Source: Anthoceros angustus (taxonomy: Eukaryota; Plantae; Anthocerotophyta). Taken from it: 64,000 bases of DNA. A model generated the notes under the pieces. That model saw only the letters and a program-made list of their open reading frames with translations, did no database searches and was not told where the DNA came from. Each line of letters begins with the position of its first letter. The first letter of the stretch is position 1. This document shows, one piece after another, positions 36,950 through 49,300 of this stretch. Location of the stretch: the NCBI GenBank assembly GCA_010909165.1, contig MU008149.1, positions 248,001 through 312,000 on the forward strand, given 5' to 3'. The position numbers were made by a program, and so were the translations under genes.

Positions 36950-39900
36950 TCACTTCCTCACGAGGGGATTCTCGGCTTGAGGAGCTCGGAGGCATTGTCC
37001 CGACACGCTATCTAACACAACTTCCGTCTTCGTAGTCGAGCATCCTCGGGATCCTCGAAATTGTCGTTTTCGACCATAGCATTTCCGCGATATCGACCGC
37101 ATCCTCCTTGCTCTTCTCCAAATAGTCGGGATGCCACAATGCGAGCGGTTTCTTTGGCGATCATCTATAAGATCTCCGTCTTCTCTTTCATCTGCTCAAC
37201 CCAAGTGGGACTACACGGGCACTGGGATGCATCCTTCTCGGACAAGCTCAATTCTTTTGCCCTGGGTGGGGCCTCGGCGGTGTGGCTCATGGGTCAATTC
37301 CTCCTCTGCGTCCGGTAAAACTTCATAGCCATGAATCCTTTGCGGAATGAACTCTGCACAGCGTTTGTCAACCTCCACAGCAATGCAATTTCGGCCACAA
37401 AGGAGTGCCGCTAATGTCGTTGTTCCACTCCCTGCACATGCATCTAATATCCAATCTCCTTCTCTGGAGAAGTTCTTGATCAACTTCATCATTAGACCCA
37501 GTGGCCTCTGATACGCGGAAACAACCAGCTTGTCCAGCGACATGTATAATAACTTCTTCACCACAGCGTCGTGTGCAATAACCGCTCGCCCATTATTGAA
37601 AGAGCCCTGCAAGGTATTCGGCAGCATGGACACCTTTGTCTTCTTGCTCGTGCAGGTCACACCCCACCCCACAGTGATGTACTCCACAATGTCAAAGCCT
37701 CCTTGGTCATTGTGCATATTAGTTTTGTCCCAAACAAATGAGACCATGCCTCCACCGCACACCACTTCCTCATACTCTCCCCGACAATATGCCTCTTCCA
37801 CACCATGCATTACTATCATTCCGATCTCGTCGCACATTGTCATGTCATGGAAGGAATGAAATATGTTTGCCATTTGCTACCGCTCAAGTTTGACATCATA
37901 CTTCCCTTGTTGAATCCCGGGACATCCATCACCAGCGTATACTCCGACCCAAAGAAACCCTCTCATTTCGCCACATCTCTGCGCACCACTTGATACTTCA
38001 CTAACTCCTCTGCTTTGGGCACAAGAAAGATTGCAGCCCTTCCTCCATGTCCATGTCCGCAAGTGCCCTCTGCTCATCCTCCAGCCCTTTCCATGTGTGG
38101 ACCTCTAATATAAAAGCCTGGAAATCTTCTGGTAGCTTTTTCAGGTCTTCAACATCTTTAACTTGCTGCAAAATAACACAAAACAAGTGAGGTTGCCGAA
38201 AGTCGACGGGACAATAGGGGGAGGGCGCATGCACGCCCTCTTAATAGTTCTATCTTGGTAAGAACAAAGAAAACTCACCTTCCCTTCGAAAGCGGTCCAA
38301 ATCGCAATGACTTCATCCGAGTGCACCGGTACTCCTTCCTCACCATCTCGAATGAATTGCAGCCTAGATGCTTCGCCATAGCCACTTGGATCACATGTAG
38401 TTTCTTCCAAGAGTGATCTCTTTGGCCATACCATTGAGGTCTATGAGACTGTCAGACCTTCTCGACACGATCAACATTTTTGGCCTCACCCGGTGGAATA
38501 CCGAAAACTTCGCCAAGGCTTCCTTGCATGTCTTTTCTTGGCTTAAACTTTGGTCCACTTCGCCTCATCTGCAGCCTTCCGCTTCCCTTGCTTTTCTTGC
38601 TTGTTCTGCAGAACATGTTTGGCTTGTTCGCAACTCCATGGCCTCCCACTGAAGATCTTATCAACATTTTCCCACACTCTCCCTTCAAGTTTAGCGATGC
38701 AAAGGATATGTGCGATTGTCACCTTGTTTTGCTTATCGCTCATCCTCTCGGCCTCATCATCATCTATCAAGCCTAGCACCTTATAGGTTGAACTTCCGTT
38801 CATGCTCATATTGACACCATCTCTCTTTGCAATGCAACTCATCTCGCAAGTACCTTACTTGCTCAATGAAATTCATCTTCCGCCGTTGTCGACATAGTGT
38901 TGTGGTGGTGGCGAACCCTCATCTCGTAAAGTGAGCCCACACACATGGGCTTCCATCCATTGGTATCCGGCCTTGATGGAGATATGTCCGCGATGCTTCA
39001 TCACGCATAGGTGTGATTGCCACGAGCACTCCCATGACATACTTCTTGGCTCTAAACTTATCCGTCTATAGATTGAATGTCGACACTGGGTCAATCATGC
39101 ATAGAGGCAAGACACCTTCCTCCACTCTACCTTCAAATGACTCGAGCTGTTGGTTGGTCCAAGCTTCATCCACAATCCGAACTGTGCATCCGGAGAAAGA
39201 AAGGATGGCCTTAAATTCTCTAATTTCGGAAGAACTGCTTAACCACTTTCTTCACGTATGCCGCCTCGATATTCCGCAAATAATCTTCATCCGAATGGAG
39301 GCCTCCTCCCCGTCACCGCGACATGCATAGTCGGGATGTCGTTGCTCCTCGCTGCCGCTTGCCTTTCTTCCTTCTCAAATCTCTTCGGGCTCCACATTTG
39401 TTGACCGCCAAACCAGCATATGTCGAACTCGTTGCGCTTCCCACTACTCCGATCGCCACTATCATCGATCACGGAGGGCGCCGCACGCCTCCCTCTGTCC
39501 CCAGGCTGAGGGCGCGGCATGCGCCCTCGCTCCCGGCCGGGGAGGCGCGGCATGCCGCCTCCCTCCTGGCCCAGCTGGCATGCCGGCGCCCTCTCGCTCC
39601 CATGAGGCGCAGCGCGCGCCTCCTCTGGTCCCAGAGGGCGCCGGCATGCCGCGCCTCTCGCCTCCCGCGGGCGCTGCATGCCGGCGCCTCCTCAAGGCCG
39701 GCGGCCGCATGCGCGCCCTCTTCGCCCCAGCCGGCGCATGCCGCGCCCTCTCGCCCCCGGCCAGGGGGCGCCGGCATGCCGCCCTCCCTGCACAGCCGGG
39801 CTAGTTCCGATGTTCGCTAACCGGGTGCCCTCGCACATCCCATAGTACTTGGATGCCGCCTTCGGGCGGTTAGAAGGGCCGCCCTTCCTCTCCTCCCATG

Positions 39901-40200
39901 CCTTCATACCGATATATAAACCGCCTGGGGTACCCAACTCCATGTGCTCCTGCAGTACCCCCGCCTTGCTGCGACCCATGTCCTCATCTGGATTGGAAGG
40001 AATAGTGGGCACCGCATGGATGCCCGGCATTATGGAAGCAATTCCATTCTCATGCCTCAAATTATCACCGTCCTCCTCCGACATTTCGTCATCCGTCTGG
40101 CCAAGCCCCAGATAGGGCCATCCTCTTCACGAGGGTCCATACGCCTCCCCTCATCTCCTTCCAGTTCATAGTCGATAGCCCACGGTCCTTCTAAAAGACA
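36950..40200 (-). pseudogene. Decayed large gene: acidic/low-complexity N-terminus, possible ParB-like domain, C-terminal beta-class N4/N6 DNA methyltransferase
   Basis: ORF 37211-37873 ends SAYQRPLGLMMKLIKNFSREGDWILDACAGSGTTTLAALLCGRNCIAVEVD (motif X / motif I, consensus QKP..L...I...S..GD.VLDPFxGSGTT..AA...GR..IGIE); degenerate motif IV EYTLVMDVPG at 37915-37926, upstream as expected for the beta order; YLRNIEAAYVKKV (~39240-39285) and GNHT (39010-39021) further upstream. Stops and frameshifts outside the last ~220 codons. Confidence 0.8.
39470..39790. repeat. GC-rich array of ~33-bp palindromic units centred on GCATGC, ~10 copies
   Basis: Example unit GAGGGCGCCGGCATGCCGCGCCTCTC; it produces the many overlapping Arg/Ala/Pro ORFs. 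Confidence 0.85.
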
Positions 40201-42299
40201 TCTCGGTGATTGATGATAGAACTTGTAATCACCTCACATAAGCATCGATAAAAATTCCTTGCATTAAGCGTTAGAAGTGCGAAAAGTGTTAAGTGGATGC
40301 AATGATGTTCCAAAACTTCAAAATCAATGACTTCCAAAGACACACACACTTACAATCCTATCAAGAGCTTCCGAATTTAAGAGGCAGTTCGTGGCTCGCA
40401 CTTTTTCTGCAAGCTGCTATGCTCAACACGAACACACCGTAATCTTCCGACCAGCAAAGCTTCAAACCCATAAGGCTTTGAAGTCACCAGCCTGAATATC
40501 CGGATCTCCTTCCGCTTCTATCAAAGTTGCCTGCACCACATACCCACGCTCTCTCGATTCAGAGCACCATTGTGGCCATAAATCCACAATTTCAGCATGG
40601 GTGTCCACACCACATTGTCTTCTTCAGCTCGGCCTGTGTCACAAGCGTCCTTCTCCGGAGAATTGTCTCATCAATCGTTAGTGTGTCCGCAAGAATCTCC
40701 TCAAGCGTAAAAGGTGAGGATTAGAATCCATGGCGGTTTTTTGTGACTTGGCCATCTCGATTTCCTCCCCGCCTCGCTTCGTTGCTCACCTTTGCCGACC
40801 CGCGGATCCACGAGAGTTCAGGCCGCTGCGACATCGGGCTCGTTACCTTTTGAAGAATGTGCTCCGAATTGGAACACCGGTCGGCTCGAACTTTGGTGTG
40901 CATCCACTCCACGCACGGCTCCTTGCGTGGTCGCCCGCCTTCTTCCCTTTTGGTCTCTTGACGTTTTGGTTTGTCTACATGCGGCGGTTTCTTCTTCCGC
41001 CCCAACCTTCCTTCTACCGCCCACTTGCCATAGCTCGATGCAGCTGATTACGACTACCCTTCTCCTCAACCGCAAAAGGAGGTGGGATGCGCACCGCACG
41101 AAGTCACTAACGGCACCGTGCAATTGACAAAAATCACGAACAAGCGGCGTGAGCGCAAGAGCTCACGGAAGTGGAGCGCAACTCACGCGTGAACACGGTG
41201 TAGGCCGTGATGGACGCTCCATTACGGTAGGTTGAACCGCCTAAAAGGTCGGGCGGGTTAAAAGCGACGGTAATCGCCACCGCGTTTGACAGTGTCCATT
41301 TTAAACCCTAATTGGCACCGCTTGCTTTGCCATGGTTTTAAACGGTGCCCATGTTTTCCGCGTGGTGTTACGTGCTACATTAAATGATTCCGATACCAAG
41401 CAAAAGCCGAACATTTATGTCCGCCAAGAAATGACGGCGTCGGATCCGACTTGATAGGTAGATCTTCTCAACGTTGAATGGAAATATTAGACGCTAAGGC
41501 ATCCGCTTGTTCTCCGATGTCTCATACTAATTTGCCTCCTCCTTGTTTGTTGCTCGTTGTGGTGGCTCGTTGCCCGCGAGACGTGAACGCCACACCATGC
41601 TCCACTCCACCCATACCGATGAGGATACAGAGGTAGCTTCGGAAAAGCGATTGCTGCTCCTTCAATGTAGTTTATATCCGCTGGTCGTTGTTCACCGGGT
41701 GTCATGCCGATCGACGAGTGGATGGGAGGAACTTGTCCGCATACTTGTAATGTCTTGCACTCAAGCGACGCGCATGCGACGAAAGGAGCATCCGATCTAT
41801 TTCCGTAAGCGCTTGCAAACTTTGCGGCGAAGGAGCGACCACATTCGGCTCTTTGTTGAAAAGCTCGTTTCATAATTCGTGTATGTTCCGATGTTTTCGA
41901 GCAACTGTGCTCACATCGGGCATGGTTTGTAAATCATCATCTGGCTGGATGACGATGAGCTTCACCTTGTATTCGAAACATGCTTGCGCTGTGGTGTCAA
42001 GGACTCATCACCATTCGCGTGCACCCCTATGTGCCACCGACGCCTGAACTTGAACTTGTATGCGGCTATGGAACTTAGCCAAGAGCGGAGGAGATGAATC
42101 ACGGGCAATGAGAGGTCTCTTTCGCCTCCGTGGAGTTTTGGGTGCATCGGGAGCTGAGCGGGCGACGACAACTTCCCCACCCTCGCAGTTCACCTCCCTC
42201 GCGATATCATCCGAAGCCAATGTCGAGACATTGCCGCGAGCTAGCTTGCGTTGCTGCAAACACGGCGGGTGTCTCCTTGAAGAAGACCAGAGGACATTA

Positions 42300-44720
42300 C
42301 GGAGGATTTTAAACCGTGTTGCAACAAAGTATGTATTCAACGACTTTCGAGGGAAGGTTTCGGGAAGAGAGGCAAAGGTTCCTTAGGTTGGGAAGGTCCG
42401 AGGAGACATTCCTAGAGACCCTTGTAAGACGACCATGGTTCGAATGGCAAAGACAAAGTCGTACTTTCCTCAAGGCACCGGTTCCAATCAAGTGTTGCAC
42501 GAAATCCTTGTATTGCATAGGGTCGAAAGGTACGAGGAGGTGAAGGGCATCGTTGAATTCACCATGGGATTGTAGCAAGCCAAGGGTGAAATCCTCTCAT
42601 GCATTGGGCGCTATTGCATGGATGGATGCAACATTTCGCAATTGCGAGCGGCCGCCTAATGTTGAAGTCTACAATCTTCCGACACTTTCACCAAACTAGA
42701 AGTGTGGACACAATACAAATGTGGCATGGGAAAAAAGGCTGCAGATATTTCGTATGCTTACTTTACGAGACTATGGGAGAACTGCCGCGTGAAGATACCC
42801 AAATCCAATCGGTTTTCAACATGTTCTCTTTGCGCCGGTCTAAAGTTCAACATTCGATAATCGGATCGCGATGATCAAGGTAAGCTCATCGCCCACACCG
42901 CTTTTTCGCATGGTATAAAGAGGGTGAAAGGTTAGAAGTGATGTGCCATCCGATATCTAAAGGGAGTTGGATGGTGGAGGTTGAACCCTTGGTCGAGGCA
43001 CAACTGCCCCGCAGATGAAGGCGCAGCGCCTGAGTGGGGAGAGGGAGGGCGAGATGCGCGCCCTCGGGGTCGTGGAGGAGAGGAGGAGGGCCAGATGCCG
43101 CGCCGGGTGGAGGAGGAGAGGCGATGCATGCCTCAGGGTGGAGGGGGCAGAGGGGGAGGAGGCGGCATGCCGGGACCTAAACCCCAAAGGAAGGCGCCAG
43201 ATGCCATGCCCCCCGTGGGGAGAGTGTGGGAGGAGGCGCCCATGGGTGAGGGTGTGCAATGGGGAGGAGGCGGCAACATGCAAGAACCCTAAACCCTAAA
43301 GGAGCTTGGGAGGCGATGCCACATCCCTAATTGAGGCGGTAGGGAGGGGCCCCGCCTTACCGATGGGATTTAAGGACACCGGATCTGGGCCATACAACGG
43401 GTGGATCCCTAGGTTCGCTGGGCATGACCCTTCCGAGGGTTGCCATCATGCTATTGCCCTTTGCCCCTACGTTATGCCGAACTCCGTTGGTTGGTCCCGG
43501 TTAGCGATGACGTTATATTTCATGGATGGACACCGACATGATGTTTGGTTGAAGGGCGATATATATCGGGACGCGTTGAACAAACATCGATAAAGCTTAT
43601 GGAGGAGCGGAAGAAGTTGACAAAACATCGAACGAAAGGATACACCGAGCCTCACAAGTACATGTTGTTATGTATCGATGGCATGGATCGAAAAAACATC
43701 CTTACGCATATACTTAGATGGCCTAAGGAGCTAAAGAAGACGCCGTTACCGTCCATGTGGTGGGGTGTATGATCCACAATCACACGTTCAAGTCCGTATG
43801 ACGCACACGCAAATTTGAATGATGCTAATTTAACCATATGCATTATCCAAGATGTGATACATACATATGTTGGCTTACTTCCCAAGGTTCTATATTTGCA
43901 ATGGACAACACATGTCGGAGAACAAGAATCAATCACTGCTTGCTTATCCGAATATGCTCGTGGAGTCGGGGACTTTGAAAAGTGAAGGTGGGCTTTCTTC
44001 TTGTAGGTCACACACATGACCAGTGGACCAAATGTTCTCGTGTTTTCCAAACATTTGAAGCACAAAGAGGCAAAAACTCTTCCCCATGCGGGATATATTG
44101 AGCAAGGCTTTCACGCCAAACCCGTATGAAGGTCTCGACCGAGGTTCCGTTCTCTTCTTTTGAAAACAGGGAAAGTCAGACGGAAGTTTAAATGGTTCTA
44201 AACAATCTATCATACCAACACCAAAATCACGCGGGAGGAAAAGTCAAAAGTCCGTTATTCGGAGTAAATGATTCGACCTCACCGTTATGGGAAATGAAGA
44301 ATGGAGTTCTTGTCTTTTATTCCAAATGCCGAGATTGGACCTACAACCCCGCTAGCTCTGTGCCAAGGACAAGAAAGGCGTTGATGGAAGCCCGACGCAC
44401 GGGATGGAGTAGACCACTTAAGAAAGGGTTTGCAAAATCACAACATATCTAACTGCTGAGGAGGAGTGGTGGAGTGACTGGAGGATCAAGAGGAGATCGC
44501 AACTATTGTGGACAATAACATCGGCCTTTGTCTCGAAAAGACAGGGAAGTGGTATGACAGATCTGCAGATGCACTTGTACCACTGCAGTTCCGGAGGAGG
44601 CTATATTGACAAGCCTTATTGCGAGACGTGCCTCCACGGACATGTACTTGGGAGCTCCAGAGTGTGGAAAGACGGGAACAAGAGGTCGAGCGGATGAATG
44701 GTGACATCATGGAGATAAAA
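42300..44720 (+). mobile_element. Decayed DDE/RNase-H-fold DNA transposase (IDGMD / LQMDN / VGHTHD family, Sola-like/DUF7869-like)
   Basis: YFTRLW...VKIPKSNRFSTCSLC (42789); MEERKKLTKHR..PHKYMLLCIDGMD (43674); KVLYLQ(M)DNTCRENKNQ (43890); VKVGFLLVGHTHDQ(V)DQMFSCFSKHL (43994); motifs rebuilt across single-base frameshifts. Superfamily naming is tentative. Confidence 0.8.
42930..43530. other. GC-rich interruption (intron or insertion) inside the transposase, with GGCATGCC units and CCCTAAA motifs
   Basis: Separates the CxxC block from the ER..H/IDGMD block; contains GGAGGCGGCATGCCGG, CCTAAACCCC and AACCCTAAACCCTAAA (~43286). Confidence 0.55.
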
Positions 44721-46161
44721 AGGTATGTTTATTGTCACCTTGTGAGGGGACACTCACAACAGTGGCATTCTGGGCTGAGGTGCACATGACCTCACTTCCT
44801 GCGAACCGTATAATGCACGAGGGCAAGTATACTTGTTAGGACCTGTGAGGACAGAGAACTACCTCCTACCAACAAAGGTGCAAAAGCATGGAAGCCTCCC
44901 AACATTCGTAAGTTGTTTGTCCATAAGACATTGTGTACTATGGGTTCAATCTCACTTCTAGGAAACATCCGTGACCATGGAAAAAGCTATCAAAGAGAAG
45001 TTATGCCCTCCGTCCCCATCTTCAACCCCGCACTTACCTGGACAAATGAGGATGATGGGGATGACGCAGTCTTGGGCATGGAGAACCCGACGGTCTGAGT
45101 CGTGTGAGGAGTGAATAACCGAACGGCTTCAAATATATTCCACCATGGTCCGCTCCTAAGAACTTATGACGCAACCCTTTGTAACACCTCATGGCATGCC
45201 GCACTCCTTCCGCACCACATTTTGTGCGTCTATTCCTAGTGGCCCCTTCCATTGTCACCGGGGCTCTGCCTGGTAGTGGATTCGCTTTAATGGTGGCGCC
45301 AACCCAATGTTTCCGTGAAACTCCAGCCAAGATGCCAAATTGTGGTTTTGTTGAGGGTTCACAAGAACATGGTACACTAAGAGATTTTTCCACAATGGAT
45401 ATCAAAAGGCCAACTGTTTGGTGCAGTGGAATGGCTAAGGTGGCAAGACATGCTTGCCGCATCGCGCGTTCCCCTGTTTACTCACCTTTCTACCATAGAG
45501 GAACCGCACATTTTCCATACCTTGCCGTAAATGTGAACCGGATGCAAAAGTGGCTTCCATTCCCTTGATATAAGACAATATATTGTAAACAACAGTCGGC
45601 GGGTTTCGGATCCACAAAGGAGTGTGAAGTCGGTGCTAAATCATTGCAAACCACAGGAATGTCCCCACGACCCTTTGCTGGAGCTCTTGTAAATTTAGTA
45701 GAATGTGATTTTGACCATAATTTTGAACACATTATCGCGACTACATACATGAACAGATTTAGTGACCATCCACAACCCGGTTCAGCGTATATTCATGCAT
45801 AAAGCCGCTTGATGTATATTCCGCCCGGTTCAAATGTTATGGTGTTCTCGTCCCAACAAACACTTTTTAGGTACAAGAGCTTTCACCGCCTCGATCCTTG
45901 GTTGAACTCGACACCGAAAGCAAGTTGAGGAACATAGCCCAACCCCAGCCAAAGTTTGGGCCTGTTGTGGCTAGGAAAGTAGTCTTTTACATTACTTTGA
46001 ACACGCCACTCTGACATGTAATGCCCCGCTTCTTTTGAAGTAAAATTTCACTCACTAAAAATGTCTAGGAACATACATATATCTACTTAAAGTGTTCGAC
46101 CGGGGTTCTTTCACATCATTTAGGGAATTGCAGATTCCTCGACCGACGGGAAATCATTGTT

Positions 46162-46350
46162 TGCTCGAAGTAACCCCATTAGGTTAACTTAAGTAAACAT
46201 AGTGTAGTTGTTGCTACGAGCATATATATATATATGGGCTCTTTTATGAATGTCACTGACTCTCGTGAGTTTTGTATATAAACACTTTTCGTTTATTTAA
46301 ACATTCTCTTTTGGGTACATCGTAGTAAGAATACTCTCCGATGTTTTACA
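46162..46350 (+). repeat. Copia 5' LTR
   Basis: Aligns to 52105-52280; followed directly by the PBS. Confidence 0.92.
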
Positions 46351-46362
46351 TGGTATCAGAGC
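46351..46362 (+). promoter_or_regulatory. Primer-binding site for initiator tRNA-Met
   Basis: TGGTATCAGAGC immediately after the LTR's CA end. Confidence 0.93.
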
Positions 46363-49300
46363 AACCAAGTTGCTACTAGATCCTGCTATTCTGCTATGTC
46401 CTATTTAGCATCCAAGATGCATGAAGTGTAAGGGCTCATTGGGCACAGAACCCAATAACCATCACCCTGATGGCTCCTAGGTCATGTGCCCAAGATACCT
46501 TCACCGCCTGCATGAACACATTAGAAATAGGATTTCTAAAACCAGCAGAAATCAACTAAGAACTTCATTTATGCGATTACATTGCAAATTTGGCGGAGAA
46601 CATGCTACTCTATTTTAAAATGATTACGAGGACAATCTAGTGCTCCAAGCATTACCACATCATCGAACATAAGACTTCCATTTTGCACAAGGTGTCAAGG
46701 AGAAGGACTGGAAGGAAGTTCACATACCTTACTTTTCAGCCGTACTCCTAATCTAGTGCATCAAGGAAGGCGTTCTGAGGAGGACTTGAGAGACACTATC
46801 AGACCTCGAGCAACAGGCTTGCTTGAGATTATAGGCGCTTACCGTGTGCTCAACGACATATTGGGCCGCACGGAGAAAGCCCTATTCACGTTTCTGCCCC
46901 TCCAAAATGAGGGCATTTCCGTGAGACACTCTGAGGTTGTGGATGCGCTGGTTTTGTTCTCAAGCGCGCTGGAAGCAATCAAACAATATTTCGCAACTCG
47001 AAATTGATGGGCATTCCCAATTTCAGTGCGCAATCTCTGCCGTGTAACTGCGGCAAACTACGGGCGCTGTCGCGGCACCCGGATCACGAGTCACACACTC
47101 TGCTGTAGAAGGGCGCGGCTCTCAACAGGTGTGCCTTTTTTTTGCTGAATAGGCGCCCGGGAGGCGATCGCGACCTGCGCTGTGGCGTGTCAACGGCACC
47201 CCAACCGTCACCGTTACTTCAACATGCCTGCTGACATCTGAGCGGCATCAACACCTCCCAGATAGCTTCCTAGTTCCAAATCCTGCCCAATTTTGACTCT
47301 CTGCGTGAAAAGAAGTGTGTGTGCACTGGCCTGATCACCCGGCACATGCAACTCAATCACTCAGAAAGTTGAAATGGCATCAGCAGGAGGAGGAGGAGAA
47401 ATCCTTCCTCCCTCTCCATTGTCCTCGCCATCTTACTCCGTTGAATTTAAAGGCGGCCTTCAGCAGTCACAGTTAATTTGTGGCGGCGTGAGGATGTGGC
47501 TGCCTTCAAGCGGACGTTTGAGGGGTTGATGATGGCACCATCAACTGAACACATCATCGCCACACAAGAGGAAAAGGACAAGTGGCGAACCTCAATCACG
47601 TCGCTCTGCCGTTTTGATTAGCGTGGGCGAGATCCCTCTTGCCGATGTGGCTTTCCTTCTCAAAGCCGAAGAAATATGGACAAAACTCCTCTGAGACATA
47701 TGAGGCTAAGAATATCCTCACCATGTGTCTTTGAGAGAGCTCTTTTCTTTACTTGCTCAAAGAAGGAGAAAAGGTTTCACCTTCATCCTCCGTTTCCGAC
47801 AATTGAGAGCTCAACTCATCAACCTTGGTTCTCAATTCCCTGAGTTGGACGCTGTATCTCAGTTGCTCACAAGCTTGCCTCAAAGCTACCAGCCATTCGT
47901 CTCCAGCTATGGTGCTTCCATACGTGCTGCCGACAAGGCGGTCGTGAGCAGGCTCACGCCATCGATCTCCTGGATGTTATTGGGGCCCTGTTGCAAGAGG
48001 AGCAAAGTTGAGTTAATTCCAATCAGCATGGTGGTCGAACTAAGACCGACAAAGTCCTTTACACTAAAGGCAGAAATGACAGAGGTAGACCTACCTCAGG
48101 AGCAGGCCCATCCAAGCCTGGCCCCACTAAACGGACTGGAACATGCAACTAGTGTGGTCTCCAGGGCCATTGGGAAAGGGAATGTAGAAAGAAGAAAGGT
48201 GGACAGCCCCGCAAAACTGAGAAGCCTTCCAGACAGGCTGAAGTTCATGTGGCTACCACAAAAGATCGACCTACCTCGTCGACTTCTAACAAGCACCCTG
48301 TAGTAATGACAGTCTGCTTTGCGTCTTCTTCCATTTCTTCCCCACACACTTGGTACCTAGATTCCGGTGCCACATCTCACATTTGCAATGATAAGTCCTT
48401 GCTTAGCCATTATAGTGCATCTGCCATAGCTAACAAGGTGTTGTTGGGTGATGAGGTCACACGTACAGGACTACGCATCAAGGGATACGGTACACATGGG
48501 TTCCGTCTTCATGATGGCTTCATCCTGCACTTGGATAACGTGTTGCATGTCCCACACATGGCAAAGAACTTGATGTCTGTCGACGATTGATGTCGCCAGT
48601 ATGACCTCCTTTTCCCGTCCGGTGTGAGCTTACTCGAGGAGGAGATAAGCGGTCATAGCCAAGCGGCATTTTAGTTCATGATTTGTATCAACTCAATCTA
48701 ATCGCCTACCTGTGGATGTCGCTCATGTTGCTCACATGTCTCAAGCGGTGAGGCGGTCTTTGGCATGCCCGATTAGGTCATGCTAATCGTGACAAGTTGA
48801 TAAAGATGTCGAACCTCACATGCTATAGAGCCCCGCCTAAGTGTTTCAGGACCTTCCTTTGTGTGATGCCGTCATAGCTAAACAAAAGGAAATTCCTTTC
48901 GAGAACACTTGCTCATCGAGCATCACAGGTCTTGGAGTTAGTCCATGCGGACATATCTCGCAAGATCCACATTCCTAGTCTGGGTGGTGCACAATATTAC
49001 TTAACCCTCACAGACGATTTCAGTAGATACTCCTGGACTTACCCTATAAGGTTGAAGTCCGACACCTTCAGTGTCTTCCAGGAGTGGCTGCCAATGGTAC
49101 AGCGACAGACAGGATGCTTGCTGAAGTGTTTTCGCATGGATAACGGGACAGAGTTCGTCCATGCTCACTTCAACCAGTTATTGCTTGACAGTGGGATCAT
49201 CCGACAGTTGATTGTCCCTTATACTCAGCAGCAAAATGGTGTTGCTGAGAGGAGGAACCAAACCCTGCTGGGAATGACCAGAAGCATGTTAGCATGGTCG

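Noticed and set aside
39287-39820. Arg/Ala/Pro-rich ORFs on both strands
   Set aside because: Stop-free by-products of the GC-rich palindromic array.
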